Positions 7,320-15,924 of a stretch of DNA of 32,000 nucleotides are shown in pieces. Positions within the stretch are counted from its first letter, which is position 1. Each line of letters opens with the position of its first letter. The translations under genes were made by a program, and so were the position numbers. Source of the DNA: Telmatocola sphagniphila (GTDB taxonomy: Bacteria; Planctomycetota; Planctomycetia; Gemmatales; Gemmataceae); NCBI RefSeq assembly GCF_018398935.1, contig NZ_CP074694.1, forward strand, positions 300,001 to 332,000. The letters are read 5' to 3'. Below the pieces are notes generated by a model, which was not told where the DNA came from, searched no databases, and saw only the letters and a list, made by a program, of their open reading frames with translations.

Positions 7320-8753
7320 ATGAGTCTGCATTCTTATCCGAATCGATTGCTCTGGTCGGCCGCGTTAGCGAGCGGAATTGTTTTTGCATTTTGTGGCGGT
7401 TTGGCAATTTACCTGGACACACAGCAGGCGAAAACGGCCGCTTTCCTCAGCGAAAATATCGGTAGTCGTAAGGCTGCCGACAATCTCGAAGAAGCCCTGG
7501 CGGGTTTGATTCTCTACCACGAACGGCAATCGGGCGAGGTCGGGCCTCTTCAGGAAAGAGTCAAAATTCACCTTCAGGACATTATCAATCTCAGCGACAA
7601 AAAAAGAGAACAGGAACTGAGTGGCAAGCTCAAGAATCGCATAGACCGATATCTCGATGCGTATCGTGAGGAACGCCTGAGGGGCGATTCCACCAATCGG
7701 GCGTACTTGATTTTGAAAGAGGATTCCATCAAGCTCTGCCAGGATCTGCAGACTTTCAATGAAGATCAGATCGAAAAATCGGAGCAGGAGCACCGCAAGT
7801 CGGTCCGATGGATGAGTTGGGGACTTTTGATCGTCGGTAGTCTGGGCTCGCTGGCCGGGATGCTTCTCGGTTACGGCCTCGCTCGCAGCCTCCGAAGAAC
7901 ACTCCATCAGTTTTTGGTTCGCGTTCAGGGGGCCTCGGAACGGCTTGGCCAGGAGACCTCCACGGTGGAGTGGCAGGGGGATGATGCGGCGTTGCGAGAG
8001 GGGACCGACGATCTCGTTCATCAGGTTGAAAAGGTAGTCGAAAAACTCCAGCAGAACGACCGTGAGATTCGCCGATCAGAACGACTGGCAGCCGTTGGTC
8101 AACTGGCCGCTGGTGTAGCTCACGAAATTCGCAATCCATTGACTTCGGCTATCTTGCTGATCGAAACCGGTCGAAAAGATCCGCAATCCGGTGGTGTTAC
8201 CGATGAGGATTTGACGCTCATCGAGCAGGAACTGCAAAGAATCGAAAGCACTCTGAAAATCTTTCTCGATTTCGCCCGCCCCCCCAAGCTGGAAAGACTA
8301 CCCTGTGAGCTAATATCGATTATTAAAGAGAGCCTCCAATTGCATCGACGGCGACTCGAGCAGCAGGGAACTACAGTCAATTTTCATCCCGCCCAATCGA
8401 AGTTGATGCTCGATGGCGATCCCCAGCAATTGCGCCAGGTTTTCGATAATCTGATTCTCAATGCCCTCGATATGATGCCTTTCGGAGGACGGTTGGAAAT
8501 CACTACCCGCCCTCAGTTGATCAACGGATTGGCAACCTTATATTTCTGCGATACCGGGCCGGGCATCCGGGAGGATATTCTTCCCAGACTGTTTGAACCG
8601 TTCGCCACGGGAAAAGAAACGGGAATCGGTCTGGGACTGGTAATCTCCAAACGAATCGTCGAGGAGCATGGCGGATCGATAATCGGCTATAATCGTCCCA
8701 GTGGTGGGGCCTGCTTCGAACTGCGTCTGTTAGTTGCCGAGGATACCGAATGA
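7320..8753 (+). CDS. Membrane sensor histidine kinase (two TM segments, periplasmic loop, HisKA and HATPase domains)
   Basis: H-box AHEIRNPLTS, N-box DNLILNALDMM, and G-boxes DTGPGI and GIGLGLVISKRIVEEHGG. The TM helices are LLWSAALASGIVFAFCGGLAIYL and WGLLIVGSLGSLAGMLLGYGL. I chose the ATG at 7320; the track uses a TTG at 7278. Confidence 0.9.
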   Translation: MSLHSYPNRLLWSAALASGIVFAFCGGLAIYLDTQQAKTAAFLSENIGSRKAADNLEEALAGLILYHERQSGEVGPLQERVKIHLQDIINLSDKKREQELSGKLKNRIDRYLDAYREERLRGDSTNRAYLILKEDSIKLCQDLQTFNEDQIEKSEQEHRKSVRWMSWGLLIVGSLGSLAGMLLGYGLARSLRRTLHQFLVRVQGASERLGQETSTVEWQGDDAALREGTDDLVHQVEKVVEKLQQNDREIRRSERLAAVGQLAAGVAHEIRNPLTSAILLIETGRKDPQSGGVTDEDLTLIEQELQRIESTLKIFLDFARPPKLERLPCELISIIKESLQLHRRRLEQQGTTVNFHPAQSKLMLDGDPQQLRQVFDNLILNALDMMPFGGRLEITTRPQLINGLATLYFCDTGPGIREDILPRLFEPFATGKETGIGLGLVISKRIVEEHGGSIIGYNRPSGGACFELRLLVAEDTE

Positions 8754-10198
8754 GGCGGTTGCTGCTGATCGATGACGAACCCGTGATTCAGCATGCATTC
8801 CGGAAAGCGTTTCACGCTCCGGAATATCTGGTGGAGACTGCCCGTACCTCCGCGGAGGGGATCGCTAAACTCCTCGCGGTTACGCCCGATGTGATCGTGC
8901 TGGATATTCATCTTCCGGATGCGGATAAACTGCAGGCGTTCGATCGCATCCGCGAAATCAATAAACGCATCCCCATCTTGCTCATAACCGGGCATGGCAC
9001 GACCGAATTGGCGATCGAAGCCATGAAGCATGGTGCTTTTGACTATCTGATCAAGCCCTTACGCTACGAGCAGTTACAGGAACTGATCGATCGGGCCTGC
9101 ATCAGCAGCCGATTGATGAATGTGCCAGCAGTCTTTCCCGATAGTCCTCCGGCAACCAAAGAAGTGGATGCTTTGGTGGGCCGGTCTGACGGCATGCAGG
9201 AGATTTACAAAGCGATTGGCCGGGTAGCGGCTACCGACACCCAAGTTCTGATTCTGGGAGAGAGTGGCACCGGTAAAGAATTGGTGGCTCGAGCGATTTA
9301 TCAGCATAGCCAGCGGAAGGATAAGCCCTTTTTGGCCATTAATTGCGGGGCGATCCCCGAAGCGTTGATTGAAAGTGAACTCTTTGGCCATGAAAAAGGC
9401 GCATTCACCGGGGCCGAACGAAAACGGATCGGGAAGTTTGAGCAATGCTCCGGGGGGACTCTCTTCCTGGATGAAGTGGGCGAGATGCCACTACTGGCTC
9501 AGGTCAAACTGTTGCGGGTTCTTCAGGAGCAGCGCTTCGAACGAGTCGGCGGCACCGAAACGGTTGAGACCGATGTGAGGGTGATCGCCGCCACCAACGT
9601 GGATCTCGAAAAGCAGGTCTCTCTCGGCAAATTCCGCTCCGATCTCTATTTTCGACTGAACGGTTATGCGCTGGTTTTGCCTCCGCTGCGCGAGCGGGGA
9701 GATGATCTGGAACTTTTGACCGATCACTTTCTGGCGTGTTTTAGCCGGGAGTTTCAGAAGCCATTGCCTATCGTTGCGGATGAAACGCGAGAACTGCTGC
9801 GAAGTTATTCCTGGCCAGGGAACGTTCGCGAATTGCAAAGTGTTCTGAAACGGGGCATCCTTCAGATGTCGGGGGCGGTGTTACTGCCCGATAATCTGTC
9901 GATCAATCGGACTCCGACATCCGCTCCCCCGGTGGTGAGCGCCGATACTCGCAATGGCTTCAATCTTGATGCGTTTATAGAGACGAAACTGGAATCGGGA
10001 TCGAAAGAGCTCTACGCCGAGTGCCTCAGTCAGATGGAGCGGAAGCTTTTAACGAGGGTGCTCCAGCAGACCGGTGGCAATCAGTTGCGGGCTGCTGAGA
10101 TTCTGGGAATCACTCGGGGCAGCCTGCGGCACAAAATTCGCGCTTTAGGAATATTTCTAGAGAAATCAGTCTGGTCGGAAGACGATCAGACTGATTGA
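8750..10198 (+). CDS. Sigma-54-dependent response regulator (NtrC family: REC, AAA+ and Fis-type HTH domains)
   Basis: Its start overlaps the kinase stop (ATGA). The REC domain has DDEP and an LDIHLPD aspartate. Walker A is GESGTGKE, and the GAFTGA loop is diagnostic for sigma-54 contact. The C-terminal HTH is [26 protein letters not shown]. Confidence 0.93.
   Translation: MRRLLLIDDEPVIQHAFRKAFHAPEYLVETARTSAEGIAKLLAVTPDVIVLDIHLPDADKLQAFDRIREINKRIPILLITGHGTTELAIEAMKHGAFDYLIKPLRYEQLQELIDRACISSRLMNVPAVFPDSPPATKEVDALVGRSDGMQEIYKAIGRVAATDTQVLILGESGTGKELVARAIYQHSQRKDKPFLAINCGAIPEALIESELFGHEKGAFTGAERKRIGKFEQCSGGTLFLDEVGEMPLLAQVKLLRVLQEQRFERVGGTETVETDVRVIAATNVDLEKQVSLGKFRSDLYFRLNGYALVLPPLRERGDDLELLTDHFLACFSREFQKPLPIVADETRELLRSYSWPGNVRELQSVLKRGILQMSGAVLLPDNLSINRTPTSAPPVVSADTRNGFNLDAFIETKLESGSKELYAECLSQMERKLLTRVLQQTGGNQLRAAEILGITRGSLRHKIRALGIFLEKSVWSEDDQTD
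10164..10196. promoter_or_regulatory. 10-bp perfect inverted repeat AATCAGTCTG-N13-CAGACTGATT; candidate enhancer (UAS) for the downstream sigma-54 promoter
   Basis: Read directly. It sits in the last codons of the activator gene. Its centre is about 104 nt upstream of the -24 GG, and an AT-rich tract (AAATATTCATTTTTACTTT) lies in between. Alternatively it is simply a 3' RNA hairpin. Confidence 0.35.
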
Positions 10199-10281
10199 AG
10201 CCAGCATCTCATAATTCTGCTGCAATTCACGGAATTGTGACTGAAATATTCATTTTTACTTTGCCGCCATATTTTGTAGCT

Positions 10282-10297
10282 CGGCACGCGAATTGCC
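10282..10297 (+). promoter_or_regulatory. Sigma-54 (-24/-12) promoter cGGCACGcgaaTTGCc
   Basis: Matches TGGCACG-N4-TTGCW at 10 of 12 specified positions. The invariant GG (10283-84) and GC (10295-96) are exactly 10 nt apart. It lies directly downstream of a GAFTGA activator gene, about 55 nt before the csrA TTG. It is the only such match I found on either strand. Confidence 0.6.
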
Positions 10298-10314
10298 ATC
10301 ACGCGAATTGCCAT
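10285..10314 (+). repeat. Perfect tandem duplication, 2 x 15 bp (CACGCGAATTGCCAT)
   Basis: Copies at 10285..10299 and 10300..10314 are identical. The first copy forms most of the -24/-12 element. Confidence 0.9.
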
Positions 10315-10350
10315 TTAGAGATACTTCTCTTTCGGGAAATTTCGCGGTAC

Positions 10351-10557
10351 TTGCTTCTCCTAAAGCGAAAAATCGGTGATCGCATTCTGATTGGAAGTGA
10401 CATCGTCCTAACCGTGATTTCTGAAGGCAATTGCCAGGTACGACTCGGAGTGCAAGCCACGGCTCGGATTGCGATCCGAAGACCCGAGGACAAGCGTGCC
10501 TCGATTCTGAATCGAAAAAGTGTGAATTCAGAAGAATCGATCGGAGCGGAAACCTGA
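10351..10557 (+). CDS. csrA: Carbon storage regulator CsrA/RsmA homologue (68 aa, TTG start)
   Basis: (M)LLLKRKIGDRILIGSDIVLTVISEGNCQVRLGVQATARIAIRRPEDK aligns without gaps to E. coli [48 protein letters not shown] and to B. subtilis [48 protein letters not shown]. It is embedded in track ORF 10195..10557, whose first 52 codons cover the promoter and repeat. Confidence 0.72.
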   Translation: MLLLKRKIGDRILIGSDIVLTVISEGNCQVRLGVQATARIAIRRPEDKRASILNRKSVNSEESIGAET

Positions 10558-10656
10558 GAAGGATTTCCGACGAATTGTGATCGAAAGTCGGAACTTTTGC
10601 TGGATAGAAGCGTTCAAAGTATGTGGGACACATTCGGCAATTTTTAGAGGTGGATC

Positions 10657-11109
10657 ATGAAAATTTATAGCTTGCTATTGATTGGATTGTTTTCCGCGAT
10701 CGGCTTCGTCCATGCGGAAGAAAAAGTTCTCTCTAAAACACCCGCGGGGGAGAGAGCCGGAGAGATTGTCAAGATTTCCGCCGATTCGGTCACTCTAAAA
10801 GTTCAGGAAGTCGTCCCGGTGGTCAGCGGAAGGCATTATTCAACGAAATCCCAATCAAAGGAATATACCTACGCCATCGATGTAAAAGCCAAGGTGAAAT
10901 TCGTCCCCGCCAAAAAGGAGACGCCGCCGAAGGTGGAGGAAATCGCCAAAGGCGAAAAGGTGGTTCTCCATCTTTCCGCGGTCAAGACACGCGGGGAGGA
11001 TAACAAGGTCAATACGTCGACTCTCGTGACGATCATTGAGATCTACCCTAATCCCAAGGATAAAAAAGATTCGAAATCCTCCGATTCAAAGGATTCGAAT
11101 GCCAATTGA
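10657..11109 (+). CDS. Small secreted protein with a Lys/Ser/Asp-rich tail; function unknown
   Basis: The ATG is preceded by AGAGGTGGA. The signal peptide is MKIYSLLLIGLFSAIGFVHA|EE. A strong terminator follows the gene. Confidence 0.8.
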   Translation: MKIYSLLLIGLFSAIGFVHAEEKVLSKTPAGERAGEIVKISADSVTLKVQEVVPVVSGRHYSTKSQSKEYTYAIDVKAKVKFVPAKKETPPKVEEIAKGEKVVLHLSAVKTRGEDNKVNTSTLVTIIEIYPNPKDKKDSKSSDSKDSNAN

Positions 11110-11139
11110 TCTGCCCCAGATTCGGACGGCTGCTATCTC

Positions 11140-11169
11140 AACCTGGATCTCCTCCAGGTTTTTCTTTTT
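11140..11169 (+). terminator. Intrinsic terminator
   Basis: AACCTGGA-tctcc-TCCAGGTT forms an 8-bp stem with a 5-nt loop, followed immediately by TTTCTTTTT. It lies 31 nt after the stop at 11109. Confidence 0.8.
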
Positions 11170-11419
11170 GTTCTCCCCGTCGATTTCTTTTGTGGATTGA
11201 TGAGAAACAGGGGGAAAATGAGAAAAAGCTTACCCATCTCCGCCACGCGCTATTGGCTGCACGCTTGCCCTACGCATATGATGTAGTAAGCGTGAATTTT
11301 TAATCCCGGGTTTGAGGAAGCGAGTTTCACCCCGGGCAATATCCATTTGGAAAGACGCATTTCTCGGCGATCGGAATTAACTCCCTTTCGCACCAGATCT
11401 GCGAACTGAAAGGCATGGC

Positions 11420-13978
11420 ATGTACGAGCGATTTACCGACCGCGCTCGGAAGGTGATGCAACTCGCCAACCAGGAGGCGCAGCGGTTCAACCACGAATAC
11501 ATAGGAACTGAACACGTCCTTCTCGGGCTGGTAAAAGAAGGTTCCGGTGTTGCAGCCAATGTGCTGAAAAATCTCGATATCGATCTTCGTAAGATTCGAC
11601 TCGAAGTGGAAAAGATTGTTCAGAGCGGTCCGACCGGCGAGCAGGTCGTCATGGGACGGTTGCCCCATACTCCCCGCGCCAAAAAAGTTATCGAGTACTC
11701 AATCGAAGAGGCTCGAAACCTGAATCATAATTACGTTGGAACGGAGCATTTGCTCCTGGGCCTCCTTCGAGAACAAGAAGGTGTGGCCGCTCAGGTTCTG
11801 ATGAATCTGGGCTTGAAACTGGAAGATGTACGCGAAGAAGTGCTGAACCTACTGGGACATAATATGCCTGAATCCTCCGAAGCCTCGGGCGGCGCTGGTG
11901 GCTCCAGCGGCGGTAGCGAACGACCCGCCAAGGGCAAATCCAAAACTCCGGCTTTGGATAGCTTCGGCCGCGATTTGACCGAGTTGGCTCGTACCAGCAA
12001 ACTGGACCCGGTGATCGGGCGAGCCAATGAGATCGAACGCGTGATCCAGATTCTCAGTCGACGTCAAAAGAATAACCCCGTGCTTCTGGGGGAAGCGGGT
12101 GTCGGTAAAACGGCCATCGTGGAAGGTCTGGCTCAACTGATCGTCGAAGGCAACGTTCCCGATCTGCTTCGAGATCGCCGCTTGGTCGTGCTCGACTTGG
12201 CCATGATGGTGGCAGGTACTAAGTATCGCGGCCAGTTCGAAGAACGCATCAAAGCGGTCATGAACGAAGTCCGTCGCGCCAAGAACACGATTCTCTTCAT
12301 CGACGAATTGCACACGCTCGTCGGCGCAGGTGGAGCGGAAGGAGCGATCGACGCTTCCAACGTTCTCAAGCCGGCTTTGGCTCGCGGGGAAATTCAGTGC
12401 ATCGGTGCGACCACTCTCGATGAGTATCGTAAATACATCGAGAAAGATGCGGCCCTGGAACGCCGCTTCCAGCAGATCATCGTCAATCCGCCGTCAAACG
12501 AAGACGCCGTGGAGATTCTCAAAGGTCTGCGGGATCGCTACGAAGCTCACCATCGCGTTCAAATCACCGATGGTGCTCTCAAGGCGGCCGTGGAACTGTC
12601 CGATCGCTATATCACCGGCCGTTGCCTGCCGGATAAAGCCATCGACGTCATCGACGAGGCGGGAGCTCGCATTCGCCTGAAAGCGATGACCCGACCGCCA
12701 GATTTGAAGGAAATCGACGAATCAATCGACCGCTTGAATCAGGAAAAAGAATCGGCCGTCGTCGATCAGGATTTCGAAAAGGCCGCTTCGCTTCGCGATC
12801 AGGCGGATAAGCTCAAGAAGAAAAAAGAGCAGATCATCCGCGACCACAAAGAGAAGTCCAAGGAAGCCGACGGTGTCGTGGATGAGGAAGTTATCAACGA
12901 AGTCGTTTCGAAGATGACGGGCGTTCCGCTGAAACGACTGGGTGCCGATGAAACGTCCCGTCTGTTGAAGATGGAAGACGAATTGCACGGCGCCGTGGTC
13001 AGCCAGGATGAAGCCATCCGGGCGATCTCTCGTGCGGTTCGCAAGAGCCGGGCGGGTTTGAAAGATCCGAAACGACCCATCGGGAGCTTTATCTTCGCTG
13101 GGCCGACTGGTGTGGGTAAGACGCTGTTGGCCAAGCGACTGGCGCAATTCATGTTCGGCGATGAGAACAAGCTCATAGCCTTGGACATGTCGGAATACCA
13201 GGAGAAACACAACGTCAGCCGATTGTGGGGGGCTCCTCCCGGTTACGTCGGCTACGAAGAAGGTGGCCAGCTCACCGAAAAGATTCGCCGTCAGCCGTAT
13301 AGCGTTGTGCTGTTGGATGAAATCGAAAAGGCCCATCCGGATGTCTGGAACAGCTTGCTCCAGATCATGGAAGAAGGCCGACTGACCGACAGCTTTGGTC
13401 GAGCCATCGATTTCAAGAATACGATCTTGATCATGACGACCAACATCGGCGCGGAAACGATCATCAATCGTCCCGACTTCGGTTTCAGCAAGTATACCTC
13501 GAAGACGGAAGATACTTCCTACCGGGCGATGCAGGATCGTCTCAAGGAAGAAATGAACAAGAACTTCAAACCGGAATTTATCAACCGCGTGGACGACATC
13601 ATCGTCTTCCGAAGCTTGAATATCGATGACTTGAAGAAGATCGTGGACATCGAACTTTCGAAAGTCTTCAAACGGTTGCGGGAGAAGAAGTTGGAACTGG
13701 TGATGACCGACGAAGCCAAGGAGCTGCTGATCGAGAAAGGTACCAGTCTCGAATTCGGTGCTCGGCCCTTACGCCGGGCGATCGAAAATCTTCTGGAAGA
13801 TCCGCTTTCGGAAGATTTGCTTCGCGGCACCTTTGTCGGCAAGGATCGGATTACGGTTCGGGCTCACGATGTCGATGGAGAGAAAAAGCTCTACTTCGAC
13901 ACCGGGGATGCTGCACCCATGCAGACTCCTCCAGATAATCCCGCTCCGCCCCAGGAATTGGCCGGTACCCCGCATTAA
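11420..13978 (+). CDS. clpC: ATP-dependent Clp protease ATP-binding subunit ClpC (class I AAA+)
   Basis: The Clp_N repeats begin [37 protein letters not shown]. There are two Walker A motifs ([16 protein letters not shown]) and a UVR-like [18 protein letters not shown] between the AAA modules. Length is 852 aa. Confidence 0.96.
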
Positions 13979-13998
13979 TCCTGGTTAGGCTCAAAGTC

Positions 13999-14049
13999 GA
14001 AAAGGTCGTGAGTCCTCCCTTGCTAATCGGAAGGATTCACGACCTTTTC
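13999..14049. terminator. Strong hairpin between convergent clpC and the VWA gene (bidirectional terminator candidate)
   Basis: GAAAAGGTCGTGA (13999..14011) and TCACGACCTTTTC (14037..14049) form a 13-bp perfect stem, with further partial pairing inside the 25-nt loop. Confidence 0.6.
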
Positions 14050-14052
14050 CAT

Positions 14053-15090
14053 TTAGTTCAAAATACGCCACCACGTTCGATCCAAAATAAACAGTACAAG
14101 CGATAGCGCAGTAGCCAGCAACAACAGCTTCGGGCCGAGTTCGAAATAGCGTCTGTAGTTAAAGCTCAAAACATCCTGTCGTTCCAAATGATCGAGTTCC
14201 TGGCACACCTGGAGTAGTTCCGTTCCATCATTGGCGGAAAAAGCCCGGCCACCCGTCCGTTTGGCAATCGCTTCATTGATCAATCGACCATCGGTTCGCT
14301 GCTTGATTTCTTCGGGAGTGGCCGTGGGAGGTGGATCGCCGCCGGTGTCGATTGTGAAAATGGGTATGTGAAGATTCGCGGCTAACTGCGCCGCCTGAAG
14401 AGGTTTTAAAGGCTTCCGATCCGGATCGTCCCTTTCGAAATTGTGCTCTCCATCGCTCAGGAGAATCATAACTTTTTTCTCCGTGGGAGCGTCCTGAAGC
14501 AAAATCAGCCCCTCAGCCAACGCATCTCCGATATTAGTACCGGCATCGAGAACACCGCGCGGGGCGACATCGTCCAGTAATTTCAAAAGCGCGGAATGAT
14601 GCAGCGTCGGTGGACAGATCGGATAGGGCACCAGAGCAAAAGTTACCAGCCCGATGGCATCGGTTCCTTGTATTGTGGAACGCCCGGTAAAATTCATTTT
14701 CCCCAGGCCCTCTCCGCCGGCAACAAATAACCTGAACGCCCGCTTAGCGGCTTCCGCCCGACTGATGAGTGCTTCCCCCGGCTGCCAGCGGAAAGTTTCC
14801 GCCTCCATGCTACCGGACACATCCAGAAGCAATACGATGGAAATGCTCTGTGCGGGGATGCGGGACCGCTCATCCGGCCAGCGGGGACCTGCGGCAGCTA
14901 CGATCACTGAGCCGACTATCAGGCACTGGATTGTTTTTCTTAAAGGGGGAATCCAGCGCGCCCGGCCGTGCGGCAGTCCTGCAAAGAGATTCAAATCCGA
15001 ATAAACTATGGCTGGTGGAGGAATGCGGCGAAATAGAATTCCCAGCAGAGGCAGCAAGGCCAGACACCAAGGATGGGAAAATGAGAACAT
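14053..15090 (-). CDS. BatA-like membrane-anchored von Willebrand factor A domain protein
   Basis: The N-terminus MFSFSHPWCLALLPLLGILF is typical of BatA-type proteins. The MIDAS motif is LLLDVSGSM, and there is a C-terminal TM helix LLLLATALSLVLFIL. Confidence 0.88.
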   Translation of the reverse strand: MFSFSHPWCLALLPLLGILFRRIPPPAIVYSDLNLFAGLPHGRARWIPPLRKTIQCLIVGSVIVAAAGPRWPDERSRIPAQSISIVLLLDVSGSMEAETFRWQPGEALISRAEAAKRAFRLFVAGGEGLGKMNFTGRSTIQGTDAIGLVTFALVPYPICPPTLHHSALLKLLDDVAPRGVLDAGTNIGDALAEGLILLQDAPTEKKVMILLSDGEHNFERDDPDRKPLKPLQAAQLAANLHIPIFTIDTGGDPPPTATPEEIKQRTDGRLINEAIAKRTGGRAFSANDGTELLQVCQELDHLERQDVLSFNYRRYFELGPKLLLLATALSLVLFILDRTWWRILN

Positions 15091-15141
15091 GCTTTTATTA
15101 AAGCGAAAAGTGCTTTGCCGTGAAAGATCGGCCTGCAGCTG

Positions 15142-15348
15142 CTATCGCAGAATCAACCAGAGTCCCAGATAGAAAAGTGCGTTGCTGATAGCAAAGACAC
15201 AAAACAGACAGGTCAGAGATTTCAGGATCTCCGTTCGACTTACTCGAGCCATATCTTTGGAGCTGAAAATCAGAAATCCGCCGATAACCAGCGCGCCCAG
15301 AATGTCCGCGGCAAACAGACTCACCAGCAGGATTTCTCGTAAAGACAT
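15142..15348 (-). CDS. Small two-TM membrane protein (68 aa)
   Basis: Its ATG overlaps the upstream stop (TGATG, 15350..15346), which suggests translational coupling. Two hydrophobic helices are present (ILLVSLFAADILGALVIGGFLIF and LTCLFCVFAISNALFYLGLWLIL). The competing ORF 15098..15355 is not protein-like. Confidence 0.6.
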   Translation of the reverse strand: MSLREILLVSLFAADILGALVIGGFLIFSSKDMARVSRTEILKSLTCLFCVFAISNALFYLGLWLILR

Positions 15349-15773
15349 CAGTCATCCAGATTCAAGGATGTGCATATGGCTTTCATGACCAACCCATTGC
15401 GGCTCATTTCGCGATCCGCGCACTGGCAGAAAATGATCAAACTGCCATTCATCACCTGCAATCCCCGGATCCAGCAGGAACTGGTGACATCCAAGGTGAT
15501 AAAATTTATATCGAAGCCGGTGGCCGGACTTTTCGCAATACTATCCTGGACCTCCTCGGATTCCAGTTCCTTGTAGATTTCCCGCAGAGTGTTTAACGCT
15601 TCTTCGAGGAGTGGCTCGGGTTCCTCCACATTGGCGTAATATGTGATGGTCATGAAAGCAGTGGCGGGACTTTGCAGGTTGATAGTCCAGCCCTCGTCGC
15701 TAGCTTCTTCTTCTATCGCCCAGTTTTCGGGGTACTGAAACCGCGCGCCATGGCGGTCAAACGTCTTCGGCAT
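15348..15773 (-). CDS. Acidic cytoplasmic protein of unknown function (141 aa); first gene of the VWA operon
   Basis: A clean ORF with gene-like codon usage and no signal peptide. I do not recognise the family. Confidence 0.7.
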   Translation of the reverse strand: MPKTFDRHGARFQYPENWAIEEEASDEGWTINLQSPATAFMTITYYANVEEPEPLLEEALNTLREIYKELESEEVQDSIAKSPATGFDINFITLDVTSSCWIRGLQVMNGSLIIFCQCADREMSRNGLVMKAICTSLNLDD

Positions 15774-15924
15774 ACTGACTCCTTTCTTCGATTGTATCGG
15801 CTAAGAATTATTTTTTCGCGGGTGCCTGGCAATCTCCAGCTGGCTTTGCCGGGGCTCGGATAATCAACTTGCTCTTTCAACAGTCGGAGTGTTACGATTC
15901 AGTAGATCCTAGGGAGGGAATCTG

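Noticed and set aside
10195-10557. Track ORF as a 120-aa protein
   Set aside because: Only the last 68 codons resemble a known fold (CsrA). The first 52 codons run across the -24/-12 promoter and the 15-bp tandem repeat, and begin inside the upstream gene's stop. I trimmed it to the TTG at 10351.
11106-11303. 65-aa + ORF after the secreted-protein gene
   Set aside because: It runs straight through the best intrinsic terminator in the window (11140..11169) and has a low-complexity translation.
15098-15355. 85-aa reverse ORF competing with the 68-aa two-TM ORF
   Set aside because: It lies in a different frame of the same strand and has no hydrophobic pattern or start/stop coupling. The 15142..15348 frame has both.
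15841-15856. Second sigma-54-like element TGGCTTTGCCGGGGCT upstream of the TPR gene
   Set aside because: It has GG-N10-GC spacing, but only TGGC and GC match the consensus, and the -12 TTGC is absent. It is probably a chance match.
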